From Candidatus Berkelbacteria bacterium (GTDB lineage: Bacteria > Patescibacteriota > UBA1384 > JACPKC01): 64,000 bases of DNA. The stretch covers positions 17,004-81,003 of the forward strand of contig JACPKC010000004.1 in the NCBI GenBank assembly GCA_016187225.1, given 5' to 3'. Positions 9,570 through 19,070 of this stretch are shown one piece after another (position 1 is the stretch's first letter; each line of letters starts with the position of its first letter). Both the position numbers and the translations under genes were made by a program. The notes under the pieces are model-generated. The model saw only the letters and a program-made list of their open reading frames with translations, made no database searches and was not told where the DNA came from.

Positions 9570-10397
9570 GTGACGATTTGTGAGCTTGAGAAGCAAGCGA
9601 ACGCAATTCGGCAAGACATTATTAAGATGCTTGTCAGAGCCGGTTCTGGTCACTCGGCCGGCCCGCTTGGGATGGCCGATGTTTTTACCGCACTTTATTT
9701 CAATTCACTCCATCATAAGCCAAAACAGCCAACTTGGTCGGAGCGCGATCGAGTCGTGCTTTCAAACGGTCATATCTGTCCGGTGCTCTACGCCACTCTT
9801 GCCCATGCGGGTTATTTCCCAAAAAAAGAACTGTTCACCTTACGCGCTTTTGGCACACGACTTCAAGGACATCCGCATCGCGGAACTTTGCCGGGAATTG
9901 AAACTACCTCGGGGCCGCTTGGCTCGGGTCTCTCGCAGGCCGCCGGAATGGCGCTTGCCGGTCGGATGGACGCCGCTCGCTGGCGAGTTTATTGTTTGAT
10001 GTCTGACGGTGAGCACGACGCTGGCAACACCTGGGAGGCAGTAATGTTTGCTGGCAAGGAAAAATTCTCGAATCTGACGGCAATTTTGGATCGGAATAAT
10101 ATTCAAATCGATGGTTTTACAGAAGATGTTATGCCGCTTGAGCCACTCGCGGAAAAATACCGCGCCTTCGGTTGGCAAGTCTTGGAAACCGATGGGCATA
10201 ATATCAAGGCGATTATCGATTCAGTTAATCAGGCGCGTTCAACTTTTGAGCAACCAACGCTGATTCTTGCGCATACGATTCCGGGCAAGGGTGTGAGTTT
10301 TATGGAGCAGAGATTTGAGTGGCATGGCAAGTCGCCAAATAAAATCGAAGCCCAAAAAGCCCTCCATGAGCTCCGCACCTTGCAAGGTAAAATTTGA
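9570..10397 (+). CDS. tkt: transketolase, N-terminal (TPP-binding) subunit
   Basis: GSGHSAGPLGMADVF and GHPH motifs. GTG start 3 nt after AGGAGG. The track ORF extends back to a TTG at 9540. Confidence 0.8.
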   Translation: MTICELEKQANAIRQDIIKMLVRAGSGHSAGPLGMADVFTALYFNSLHHKPKQPTWSERDRVVLSNGHICPVLYATLAHAGYFPKKELFTLRAFGTRLQGHPHRGTLPGIETTSGPLGSGLSQAAGMALAGRMDAARWRVYCLMSDGEHDAGNTWEAVMFAGKEKFSNLTAILDRNNIQIDGFTEDVMPLEPLAEKYRAFGWQVLETDGHNIKAIIDSVNQARSTFEQPTLILAHTIPGKGVSFMEQRFEWHGKSPNKIEAQKALHELRTLQGKI

Positions 10398-10404
10398 GGG
10401 GAAC

Positions 10405-11355
10405 ATGAGTAGTCTAGAACGAGTGCCAATTCGGGATGGTTACGGCGACGGTTTGCTGTTAGCTGGCAGGCAAAATCCTAGTGTAGTCGCATTGTGTGCC
10501 GATCTAACTGAATCAACGCGAACAGAGCTGTTTGCCAAGGCTTTCCCCAAGCGATTTGTGGAGATTGGGGTTGCCGAGCAGAACTTGGCAACGGTGGCTT
10601 CAGGCTTAGCCGCGGCCGGAAAAATTCCTTTTATGACCAGCTACGCAAGTTTTTCGCCGGGCCGAAACTGGGAACAAATTCGCACCACCATTTGCTACAA
10701 CAACCAGCCTGTGAAGATTATTGGTTCACACGCGGGAATCTCGGTCGGTCCTGACGGTGCGACTCATCAAGCGCTTGAAGATATTGCGCTTATGCGAGTG
10801 CTGCCGAATATGACTGTGCTTGTGCCCTGTGATCATATTGAGGCGCGGAAAGCCACACTCGCGACTCTCGATCATCCAGGCCCGGTGTATCTGCGCTTGG
10901 CGCGCGAACCAACGCCTGTACTCACCACCGAATCAACGCCGTTCAAGATTGGCCAAGCGCAAGTTTATAAATTGGGCACAGACGTGAGCTTGGTTGCCTG
11001 CGGCCCGCTTGTATATGAAACGCTTATCGCCGCCGAAGAGCTCGCTCTTAAAAAAATTTCTGCTCGGGTGATTAATTGTCATACGATTAAACCCTTAGAT
11101 GAAGCAACTCTGCTTGCCGCTTTCCAAGAAACTGGCGCTGTGGTTACGGTTGAGGAGCATCAGATGGCTGGCGGCTTGGGTGGCGCGATTGCTGAATTAG
11201 CGACTCAATACGCGCCAGTGCCGATCGAAAGAGTTGGTGTGCGTGATCGCTATGGCGAATCCGGTCCGCCAGAGATTTTGTTGGAGCATTTTCATCTGAA
11301 AGCGCGTGATATTACAGCGGCGGCAGTGCGCGCCCTTAAGCGCAAGGAGGCATGA
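10405..11355 (+). CDS. tkt: transketolase, C-terminal (pyrimidine-binding/C-terminal domain) subunit
   Basis: ATG after a GAGGGG ribosome-binding site. EIGVAEQN and a transketolase C domain. The gene is split from the N-terminal subunit. Confidence 0.85.
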   Translation: MSSLERVPIRDGYGDGLLLAGRQNPSVVALCADLTESTRTELFAKAFPKRFVEIGVAEQNLATVASGLAAAGKIPFMTSYASFSPGRNWEQIRTTICYNNQPVKIIGSHAGISVGPDGATHQALEDIALMRVLPNMTVLVPCDHIEARKATLATLDHPGPVYLRLAREPTPVLTTESTPFKIGQAQVYKLGTDVSLVACGPLVYETLIAAEELALKKISARVINCHTIKPLDEATLLAAFQETGAVVTVEEHQMAGGLGGAIAELATQYAPVPIERVGVRDRYGESGPPEILLEHFHLKARDITAAAVRALKRKEA

Positions 11356-12242
11356 TGGCGAGTGCGGTTCAGCTTTTTAATCAAGCCAGGCATGAAGGTT
11401 GGGCAATCGGCGCTTTTAATGTTGCCAATCTTGAAACTATTCAGGCGATCTGTCAGGCCGCGGCGCGGCTTGAGGCGCCGGTGTTAATTGAATCATCGCC
11501 CGGTGAAACCGAGTATATTGGTGCAAAGGCGTTAGCCGATTTGGTTTCGGCCTATCGCGAGCGCTATGGCGTGCAGGTCTTTCTCAACCTCGATCACGCT
11601 ATAACTGAAGAAGTAATCACCGAGGCGCTCGCAGTGGGCTATGATTTGATTCATTTCGATGGTGGCGAACTTGAATTTGCTGAAAACCTAAAGCGCACTC
11701 AACAGCTTGTCCGCGTTGTTCATCGTCATAAAAAACTTATTGAGGGCGAGATCGATCATATCACTGGTTCCTCAACCTTGCATAAAGAATCAGCCAAAAC
11801 AGCTCAAGACAGTGCGCATTTTACAGATCCAGAACAGGCACACGAGTTTGTGCGAGTTACCAATATCGATACACTCGCCGTCTCGATCGGCAATGTGCAT
11901 GGGGTCTACGCCACGCCGCCCAGGCTCGATCTTGAACGACTTGCAAAAATTCACACTCAAGTACCCTGCTTCCTTTCATTGCATGGCGGTTCTGGTATAT
12001 CCGAAGCAGATATACGGGCCGCGATTAAAGCGGGTATCACAAAGGTCAACGTTAACAGCGAGTTGCGGATTGCGTTTTTGACGGCGCTTCAGAAAGCCGT
12101 CAAGGCGCCCAAGGAAATGGCGGCCTACAAATATCTCCCGCCGGTGATTAAGGCAGTTCAAGCAATTGTTGAGAAAAAAATCACCCTCTTTGGGAGCACG
12201 GGCAAGGCGAAACGAACCTGGATTAAAAGGATAATTGCATGA
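11352..12242 (+). CDS. fba: class II fructose-bisphosphate aldolase
   Basis: GAFNVANLE, LNLDHA and SLHGGSG motifs. Confidence 0.85.
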   Translation: MMASAVQLFNQARHEGWAIGAFNVANLETIQAICQAAARLEAPVLIESSPGETEYIGAKALADLVSAYRERYGVQVFLNLDHAITEEVITEALAVGYDLIHFDGGELEFAENLKRTQQLVRVVHRHKKLIEGEIDHITGSSTLHKESAKTAQDSAHFTDPEQAHEFVRVTNIDTLAVSIGNVHGVYATPPRLDLERLAKIHTQVPCFLSLHGGSGISEADIRAAIKAGITKVNVNSELRIAFLTALQKAVKAPKEMAAYKYLPPVIKAVQAIVEKKITLFGSTGKAKRTWIKRIIA

Positions 12243-13246
12243 AGACTATGAATTCTGTCGATTTTCTCTCAATTGGTGACACGCAGTACGATACGATTCT
12301 TTCACTCGCGCCAGAGGAAGTCTCGGTTCGCTGTCGATTGAACCGCGAAGATTGCAAAATGTGTCTCGATTACGCTGGTAAAATTCCAGTTTCAGAACTT
12401 CACGCTATGGTTGCTGGGAATGCGGCGAATGTGGCGGTGACAGCGGCGCGCCTTGATGGCACCGTGGCGCTCTGGACGCTTCTTGGCGATGATGAGATTG
12501 CCGATGAGGAAATCCAGACCCTTCAGCGTGAGGGAATTACGACCGCGTGGATGGAAAAAGTGCCTGGCGCCGAGAGTAATCGTTCGACCGTGATCACCGT
12601 CAATGGAGAGCGGACAATTCTTGTCTATCATGCTCCACGGCGCTATGTTTTGCCTAAAAATTTGCCGTCGGCGCGCATCGTCTACTTCACAAGTATGGGG
12701 CCGGGCGCCGAGACGCTTTTCCCGGCGGTGATTCGCTATGTAGAACGCACCGGAGCGCGTTTAGTTTACCAACCAGGCACGTATCAGCTTCGCCTGGGCG
12801 CCGAGCGCGCGCAACCACTCTTGGCGCTGGTGAACTGCATAATCATGAATAAAGAGGAAGCGCAAGCCTACACTCATCATCGCGCCGGCAAGCCTTTGGA
12901 GTTACTGCGTGCCTTGAAACGTTTAGGCGCCAAGATCGCTGTCGTTACTGATGGCACGAACGGCTCCTACGCGACCGATGGCGAGACAAGTTGGTCTATG
13001 GGCATTCGGCCTGAAATTCCGCGGATTGAAGCAACAGGCGCGGGCGATGCTTTCGCCTCGGCTTTTGGTGTCGCGCTCTTAGAAGGCGCAACGATTCCCG
13101 AAGCGCTTCGCTGGGGTACATTTAATGCCGAGGGCGTGATTCAGGAATTCGGCCCGCAAAAAGGCATTCTCAAGCGCAAGCAACTTGAAGAGTTATGTCT
13201 CCGTTACCCGCAGTTCGTGGCGAAAGAAATTGAAAGGAAGGCATGA
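12239..13246 (+). CDS. PfkB-family carbohydrate kinase
   Basis: Ribokinase-like fold with the GAGDAF motif near the C-terminus. Confidence 0.7.
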   Translation: MKTMNSVDFLSIGDTQYDTILSLAPEEVSVRCRLNREDCKMCLDYAGKIPVSELHAMVAGNAANVAVTAARLDGTVALWTLLGDDEIADEEIQTLQREGITTAWMEKVPGAESNRSTVITVNGERTILVYHAPRRYVLPKNLPSARIVYFTSMGPGAETLFPAVIRYVERTGARLVYQPGTYQLRLGAERAQPLLALVNCIIMNKEEAQAYTHHRAGKPLELLRALKRLGAKIAVVTDGTNGSYATDGETSWSMGIRPEIPRIEATGAGDAFASAFGVALLEGATIPEALRWGTFNAEGVIQEFGPQKGILKRKQLEELCLRYPQFVAKEIERKA

Positions 13247-14208
13247 GAATTGTTGTCACTCGCAGAATTCCAGAAGAAGGACTGGCGCTCTTGAGGCGCA
13301 TCGGCACAGTTGAGGTTTATACTCATGATAAAATTATTCCGCGCGCAGAACTCTTAAAGCGAATTCATGGCGCTAATGCGGCGCTGACACTGCTCACCGA
13401 AAAGGTTGACGCTGAATTTTTTGAGGCCGCTGGTTCAAGTTTGAAAATTGTCGCCAACTACGCCGTTGGTTTTGATAACATCGACATTCGTGAAGCGAAT
13501 AAGCATGGCGTAGTTATAACAAACACCCCAGGCGTACTAACTGAAGCCGTAGCCGAACATACACTCGCACTTATGTTTGCAGTGGCGCGGCGCGTTGTGG
13601 AAAGCGACGCGTTTATGCGCACCGGTCAGTATACTCACTGGTTGCCGCTGGGCTTTTTGGGTCAATCACTTTGGGGCAAAACCTTGGGGATTATTGGCCT
13701 AGGTCGAATTGGCACTTGGGTCGCCGAGGCCGCTCATCGCGGTCTCAATATGCAAATTCTTTACCACGATTCTGGGCGGAGTGATGAACTTGAAATGAAA
13801 TTAAATGCCGAATACCATGAGCTTGATGTGCTTCTGCGCAAATCCGATATAGTCACACTTCACGTTCCGCTCACGGATGAGACACAACATTTAATCGGCG
13901 AACGTGAATTGAGTAAAATGAAGCCAACGGCAATTCTTATCAATACGGCGCGCGGGCCGGTGGTTGATGAACAAGCACTCTACCATTCATTGCACGAACG
14001 TAAAATTTTTGGCGCGGGTTTGGATGTGTTCGAGCATGAACCCAAACTCTATCACGGTTTAGAAAAGTTGCCGAATGTGGTTTTAACGCCGCACATTGCC
14101 TCGGCAACTAACGAAGCTCGGCAAGCGATGGCGGAAATTGCCGCTCGCAATATCATCGAGGTCCTCGCCGGTCGACCGCCTTTGAATCCGATCAAAAGTG
14201 AATCCTGA
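13243..14208 (+). CDS. D-isomer-specific 2-hydroxyacid dehydrogenase (glycerate/hydroxypyruvate reductase-like)
   Basis: GIIGLGRIG NAD-binding motif with the catalytic R, E and H pattern. Confidence 0.8.
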   Translation: MRIVVTRRIPEEGLALLRRIGTVEVYTHDKIIPRAELLKRIHGANAALTLLTEKVDAEFFEAAGSSLKIVANYAVGFDNIDIREANKHGVVITNTPGVLTEAVAEHTLALMFAVARRVVESDAFMRTGQYTHWLPLGFLGQSLWGKTLGIIGLGRIGTWVAEAAHRGLNMQILYHDSGRSDELEMKLNAEYHELDVLLRKSDIVTLHVPLTDETQHLIGERELSKMKPTAILINTARGPVVDEQALYHSLHERKIFGAGLDVFEHEPKLYHGLEKLPNVVLTPHIASATNEARQAMAEIAARNIIEVLAGRPPLNPIKSES

Positions 14209-14209
14209 A

Positions 14210-15016
14210 TTACGGCCTATTGCTTACGATTAAGGCTACTTTCGCCCCTTCTGCGGGATTGTTGTTATTATAATCGCCAATTGCATCTAAAAGAATTTTT
14301 TCTTTATACAAAAAATTTGCGCCGCGTTTAGTGCCTGGATCATTTGTAATAAAATAACCGGTGTTCGTGTAACCTTTAACGACGAGCATGTGATACCGTG
14401 GCCCGGGTTGCTTGAAGTATGGATTGCCGAGTTCTTGACCCGCGGCCGGAACGATGACCAGTTTATTGTTTGCCAGCGCGCGCTTGAGCGCTTCACTAGA
14501 AACATTATTCTCGAGCTTAACCCCGACAGCGTAAACAGCTTCCAATAATTGGGCGGTTTCCGCGGCTGTTGTGCTTGCAGAGTAGCCAAGATTTTTTACT
14601 TCCCAGCTTTCAAGCTCTCGCATTGCCGCTTCAGCGTCTTTTGGTCCGACGATGCTTTCGCCACGAAAAAAACGTCCAACCATCAGTGTCGAGGCTTCTT
14701 CACAGTATTCTTCGTGGCGTGTATCCCAGACACCCTCGGGCGCTTGTGAGGTAAAGGGGACGTTAAGATTGACTTGAGCGGGAAGAGAGTCTGGTTCTGA
14801 ATTAGGAGCGTTCGATTCGGGCGCAGGCTTTTGGTTTACCGGTTGGCTATTAGCCGGAGTAACTTCAGGCAATTGGATACTCGCGGCAGTTTGCTCGTAT
14901 TGCTTGATTGCAATACGTCTTTGTCCAGGCCCAAGCCACAAACCAAGCGCCGTTACAAGTATGAGTAAGAGGATTCGACTATGGAGTTTCTGGCCAGATT
15001 TGATTGCCTGTTTCAT
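14210..15016 (-). CDS. membrane-anchored C39-like cysteine peptidase domain protein
   Basis: N-terminal TM, FTSQAP...EEYCEEAS with a putative Cys, and YHMLVVKGY with a His. The start is trimmed because the long ORF overlaps the ferredoxin gene. Confidence 0.35.
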   Translation of the reverse strand: MKQAIKSGQKLHSRILLLILVTALGLWLGPGQRRIAIKQYEQTAASIQLPEVTPANSQPVNQKPAPESNAPNSEPDSLPAQVNLNVPFTSQAPEGVWDTRHEEYCEEASTLMVGRFFRGESIVGPKDAEAAMRELESWEVKNLGYSASTTAAETAQLLEAVYAVGVKLENNVSSEALKRALANNKLVIVPAAGQELGNPYFKQPGPRYHMLVVKGYTNTGYFITNDPGTKRGANFLYKEKILLDAIGDYNNNNPAEGAKVALIVSNRP

Positions 15017-15239
15017 CATACAAACGAATTGCATCGACCGGGCAGGATTGAGCCGCCAAGAGAATCGTTTCGGCGTCATCGCTGATTGGGTCGTGGATAA
15101 TGGCAATGTTTTCATCGTCAAGTTCAAAGGTGCCAGGCGCGATCGCGACACAGCTTGCGGCGCCGATACAGAGGTTGCGATCAACCTCGATTCGCGCGAT
15201 GCGTTTGCCGTTTGGGAGTATGAGTGGTGGAAGCGCCAT
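14979..15239 (-). CDS. small ferredoxin (single [Fe-S] cluster, DUF1289/Fdx-like)
   Basis: CIGAASCVAIAP...CPVDAI cysteine pattern, 86 aa, directly downstream of the cysteine desulfurase gene. Confidence 0.6.
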   Translation of the reverse strand: MALPPLILPNGKRIARIEVDRNLCIGAASCVAIAPGTFELDDENIAIIHDPISDDAETILLAAQSCPVDAIRLYDETGNQIWPETP

Positions 15240-15267
15240 AAGTGGTTATCTTAGCACGTGGATGGAC

Positions 15268-16503
15268 TCATTGCGCACTGAATGCATAGTTACGGGCGAT
15301 AATTTTACCTGTGCGTGTCACGCGTCGAGTCAGGCCACTCTGCGCTTGACTGACTTGCAAGGCGATTTTGAACGCGTGGATTATTTTTTGAGTATCTCGT
15401 TGAGTCGTTGTCCAGCCTAGACTAATTCGAATCGTCGAATAAATATCATCATACTCGCGACCGATGGTGCGCAAATTCATCCCGGCATGTTTAGGATCAG
15501 TTTGAGAGCAAGCTGATCCAGTTGAAACGGCGATACCTGCTTGGTCAAGCAGATAAACAATTTGCTCCGCATCGAGGCTGGGGAAAGTGAGGCTCAATAA
15601 ATTCGGCAAACCCTCGGGCTGATCGTTGCGGATTGAGTTTGGGAAAAAATTTACGAGTTCATCGGCTATTTTATCTCGGTATATTCGAATCTTTTTTTTG
15701 ATTTTTGGCAGGCGTTGCCAAGTTTCTTGGAGCGCAATTTGGATGCGAATCGCACCCATCACATTCTCGGTGCCGCTTCGGAGGCCAGTTTGTTGTCCGC
15801 CGCCGTAAAAAAGCGGTTCAAGCGGTGTTTCGTGTTTATGATATAGAAGTCCGATGCCACTGCCCGCGCCAATTTTAGGGCCCGAGAGAGTTAGCAGATC
15901 GATGCCGAGTTGATCGACAGTGAATTGATGCCAGGCGGCAAATTGGCTGGCATCGGTATGCAACCAAATTTTTTGGCCGGTTTGTTTCTGGTAAGTTTTG
16001 AGGACGCCGGCAACTTGGCGGATCGGTTGGAGTGTACCGATTTCATTGTTAGCCGCCATAATCGAGACTAGGCGCGTTGTCGGCTTGAGAGCAGACTTCA
16101 AAGTTGCGAGCTTAACTTGCCCATGCGTTGTGACGGGTAAAATTGTCAGCGTGATACGTTTTGCTTTGGCTTCATGCTGAAGGGGCGCCAAAACGGCTGG
16201 ATGTTCAATGGCGAGTGTAATGACATGCGGTTTTCGCAATTGAGCGCGAATAATGCCGAGGAGAGCCAGATTGGTGCTTTCGGTAGCGCCTGAAGTGAAA
16301 ATCAGCTCATGCGGATGACACTCGAGAAGGCGGGCAATCTTTTGCCGAGCTAGATTCAGTAATTCTTTGCTCTCGCGACCAAACTGGTGCAGACTGCTCG
16401 GATTGCCAAAGTTTTTGCAGGCTCCTTGCCAGGCATGCTGAACTCGCGGCCACATTGGCGCCGCGGCGGCAAAGTCAGCATAAACTCGCGAAGAATAATT
16501 CAT
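15268..16503 (-). CDS. cysteine desulfurase (class V aminotransferase)
   Basis: DFAAAAP...NPSSLHQFG N-terminus and an SGHK-type PLP region. Confidence 0.8.
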   Translation of the reverse strand: MNYSSRVYADFAAAAPMWPRVQHAWQGACKNFGNPSSLHQFGRESKELLNLARQKIARLLECHPHELIFTSGATESTNLALLGIIRAQLRKPHVITLAIEHPAVLAPLQHEAKAKRITLTILPVTTHGQVKLATLKSALKPTTRLVSIMAANNEIGTLQPIRQVAGVLKTYQKQTGQKIWLHTDASQFAAWHQFTVDQLGIDLLTLSGPKIGAGSGIGLLYHKHETPLEPLFYGGGQQTGLRSGTENVMGAIRIQIALQETWQRLPKIKKKIRIYRDKIADELVNFFPNSIRNDQPEGLPNLLSLTFPSLDAEQIVYLLDQAGIAVSTGSACSQTDPKHAGMNLRTIGREYDDIYSTIRISLGWTTTQRDTQKIIHAFKIALQVSQAQSGLTRRVTRTGKIIARNYAFSAQ

Positions 16504-16571
16504 CTTGATTCCAAAACAGATAAAATTAGCATAACAGCAGACTAAATTCTAGCTCAAGGATGAACCAAGCC

Positions 16572-17153
16572 TTAGAATCGTTGATGATTACTGGGGTGCA
16601 AAAGGCGCATCTGGATAGTTAGAATAACAATCAGCAAAAGCGTGTTTAGAATCATCAAAACGACGAGCGTTTTCATCGAACGCTGAACACTCTTCGTTTG
16701 GGCTTGAAGCTCGCGCACAACTGGCTCGTCGGCGATCGCTTGAGCGATTACCGTTGGCATGATTGGGACAGGAGGCGTGACCGTCGCTTGGGTATCGGTT
16801 TTTTGTTCAACTTGAGAGGTCGTTGATTGCGTTTGTGTTGATCGAGGAGGAAGCGTGGGAGTTTTAGTCGAAGCGGTATTGATTGGCAAGGTTGTGTTTT
16901 GAGAACCAGCTTGAGTTGAAGTTTTCACTTTAACTTGCACGTTGGATTCGGGGTTGGTTTGCGCTTCGGCAACCGCGCGAGTAGTAGTATCTGTCGCCTG
17001 CGTTTCCGCGCTTGCTTTTGCGAAACCGGCTTGAGCCAGAGCGCTCGCCCCAGCGTTCGCGGCATTTGTCGGCGAGTTGATACCAAGCAACCAAATAAAG
17101 AGAACTCCAGTGAGGGCGTTGCGCATTCGGACCTTTCTCCCCTTTGAAGTCAT
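16572..17153 (-). CDS. secreted Thr/Gln/Ser-rich protein with C-terminal TM anchor
   Basis: Signal peptide, a low-complexity T/Q/S-rich region, and a C-terminal hydrophobic helix. Confidence 0.35.
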   Translation of the reverse strand: MTSKGRKVRMRNALTGVLFIWLLGINSPTNAANAGASALAQAGFAKASAETQATDTTTRAVAEAQTNPESNVQVKVKTSTQAGSQNTTLPINTASTKTPTLPPRSTQTQSTTSQVEQKTDTQATVTPPVPIMPTVIAQAIADEPVVRELQAQTKSVQRSMKTLVVLMILNTLLLIVILTIQMRLLHPSNHQRF

Positions 17154-17205
17154 TGGCCGTAGATTAGCAAGAGAGATTTCGCAGAGTCAAATTTTCATCC
17201 TGAAA

Positions 17206-18099
17206 TTAGCTAAAAGCCACGGTGTAGATTTTGAAATTTTTTTCTGTGGGGAAAAGTTTTAGTTCGTACCCAGAAAAGTATTTTGGAGCCCTTATCAATT
17301 CATAAAATCTTGGTTTGTGAACGTAGACATTGGTTTGATTAGATTGATTAGTCACATCACGGCCGTGAAATGCCTCCGGCACCGGTTTGCCGTTCAAAGT
17401 GAGAATTAATCTATTGCCTTGAGGCTGTTCCATGAGAAAATTAATAGCTTGCGCCGGAGTAGAGAGCGAGAGATAGTCTTCACCCGCTTGATTGTCGCGA
17501 GCATGGACGGTTGAGTCAGCCGTTGTCTGCCACTCGCCGTTGAGGGACACATTACTATACATTAGACATTCGTGATTAAAATGAATAGGATATGAAGTCG
17601 GGTAATGAGGGTGGGTCAGGTTATACATTTCACGATCGTTAAAAGCATATCGCGCCGCGCTTTTGATATTCAGAGCTCGTCGCAATGTGTTCTCAAGCTC
17701 CTTAAGTTCTCCCAGGCCAATCTGATCATAAAAGATTTTTTTATTTGGCATTGCAAGCAGGATTCGAGGTGTATATAAATTTCCGTACCGATTATTGAAA
17801 TCATTGGTTAGATCATTCACGTTCGGCCAATGTATATTTAAATTTTGACTCAAACTGTCAAGATAAGAAGGAGCTTTCTCAAATTTGAATTCGGGCGAAT
17901 GAATGCCAAGGATATGCAATCCACGTTCGTGATATGTGTCCCAGAGCGCATTTAAAATGGGGATCAGTTTAATTGAATATCCGCACGAAGATGCCCAGAA
18001 AAAAATCAGCGCTAGCCCATTGCCAGGAAGGAGAAATGAACGTTCATGAATTAAAGGAGTAGATAAACCAACGCAAGAATCTTGAACATAAGTGCGCAT
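17206..18099 (-). CDS. thioredoxin-like fold protein (CxxS variant) with a C-terminal unknown domain
   Basis: FFWASSCGYS...LNALW...LGIHSPEF...LYTPRILL shows TlpA/ResA-like topology, but the active site is SCGYS. Confidence 0.4.
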   Translation of the reverse strand: MRTYVQDSCVGLSTPLIHERSFLLPGNGLALIFFWASSCGYSIKLIPILNALWDTYHERGLHILGIHSPEFKFEKAPSYLDSLSQNLNIHWPNVNDLTNDFNNRYGNLYTPRILLAMPNKKIFYDQIGLGELKELENTLRRALNIKSAARYAFNDREMYNLTHPHYPTSYPIHFNHECLMYSNVSLNGEWQTTADSTVHARDNQAGEDYLSLSTPAQAINFLMEQPQGNRLILTLNGKPVPEAFHGRDVTNQSNQTNVYVHKPRFYELIRAPKYFSGYELKLFPTEKNFKIYTVAFS

Positions 18100-18103
18100 A
18101 CAT

Positions 18104-18787
18104 TTACCGATTGGAACGTGGCTGACTGCGTTTGGCAGTTTCTACGATTTGGTCAATATCGTCTGTAACAGTTATAATTTTCAAATCCTTCTCATCGATA
18201 TTTTGAAATTTTTTATACACCTGATTTTCAATCCAGCTTACAAGTGGTTGCCAATATGCAACTCCAAAAAGAATAACAGGGATATGATCTTCAATTTTTT
18301 TGGTTTGAATCAAAGTCACCATTTCAAACATTTCGTCGAGCGTGCCAAAACCTCCAGGAAAAAAAATGTAAATTTGGGAAGCGAAAGAGAGCATGACCTT
18401 GCGGGTGAAAAAGTACTCAAAACCGACGGCTTTCGTCACATAAGGATTCACTCGCTGTTCGGTAAAAAGTTCAATATTAAGACCGGCCGATGGCATGCCC
18501 GCGGCTTTGGCGCCTTGGTTGGCGGCCTCCATAATCCCAGGTCCTCCGCCGGTAATTACAGCAAAACCGGCACCGCCTAGTCGAGAAGCGAGATCGCGTG
18601 CTTGAAAGTAGTAGGGATCGTTCGGCTTAGTGCGAGCCGAACCAAAAAACGAAGCGCTTTTTTTGAATTCGGCGAGGAAGTCAAAGCCATCAACAAACTC
18701 GGCCATGATTCGAAAGATTCGCCAATTTGGATCGTGAGCATAGTCAAAACCGTTATGCTCATGAACCGGAATCGAAAGTGGTTGCAT
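18104..18787 (-). CDS. LOG family (TIGR00730) nucleotide 5'-monophosphate nucleosidase
   Basis: GGGPGIMEAANQGA and PGGFGTLDE motifs. ATG at 18787; the track M is an upstream GTG. Confidence 0.8.
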   Translation of the reverse strand: MQPLSIPVHEHNGFDYAHDPNWRIFRIMAEFVDGFDFLAEFKKSASFFGSARTKPNDPYYFQARDLASRLGGAGFAVITGGGPGIMEAANQGAKAAGMPSAGLNIELFTEQRVNPYVTKAVGFEYFFTRKVMLSFASQIYIFFPGGFGTLDEMFEMVTLIQTKKIEDHIPVILFGVAYWQPLVSWIENQVYKKFQNIDEKDLKIITVTDDIDQIVETAKRSQPRSNR

Positions 18788-18805
18788 CGCCCCTCGCACC
18801 CTTCG

Positions 18806-18967
18806 CTATTTGTGTTTTTCCACGAGACCGATAATCAAGCCCAAGAGGCCGATTACAAAATAGAGCCAAGCGTACATTATGCCCTCCACAGTGTAATTTC
18901 CGAAGAGGAGAATCCCAATCACAAAAAGCAGTAAACCAATCAAAACGGCGTACCACTGTGAAAACAT
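18806..18967 (-). CDS. small (53 aa) two-TM membrane protein, not in the ORF track
   Basis: ATG preceded by AAGGAGG. It translates to MFSQWYAVLIGLLLFVIGILLFGNYTVEGIMYAWLYFVIGLLGLIIGLVEKHK. Its stop abuts the LOG gene start. Confidence 0.45.
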   Translation of the reverse strand: MFSQWYAVLIGLLLFVIGILLFGNYTVEGIMYAWLYFVIGLLGLIIGLVEKHK

Positions 18968-19070
18968 AAACCTCCTTTAAGAGTTAGATAATAACATTAA
19001 ATCGTTGAAAGACTATTCACTTCGCGTGCACGAAACTTTTCTTTTCAACGATCTTCAACTATAGCATGCT

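Noticed and set aside
9580-9999. 139-aa alternative-frame ORF in the tkt N-subunit
   Set aside because: The in-frame transketolase motifs make the annotated frame unambiguous.
14287-14754. Small ORFs (100, 66 and 61 aa) overlapping the C39-like peptidase gene
   Set aside because: They are alternative-frame or antisense ORFs within a gene that has a clear domain signal and N-terminal TM.
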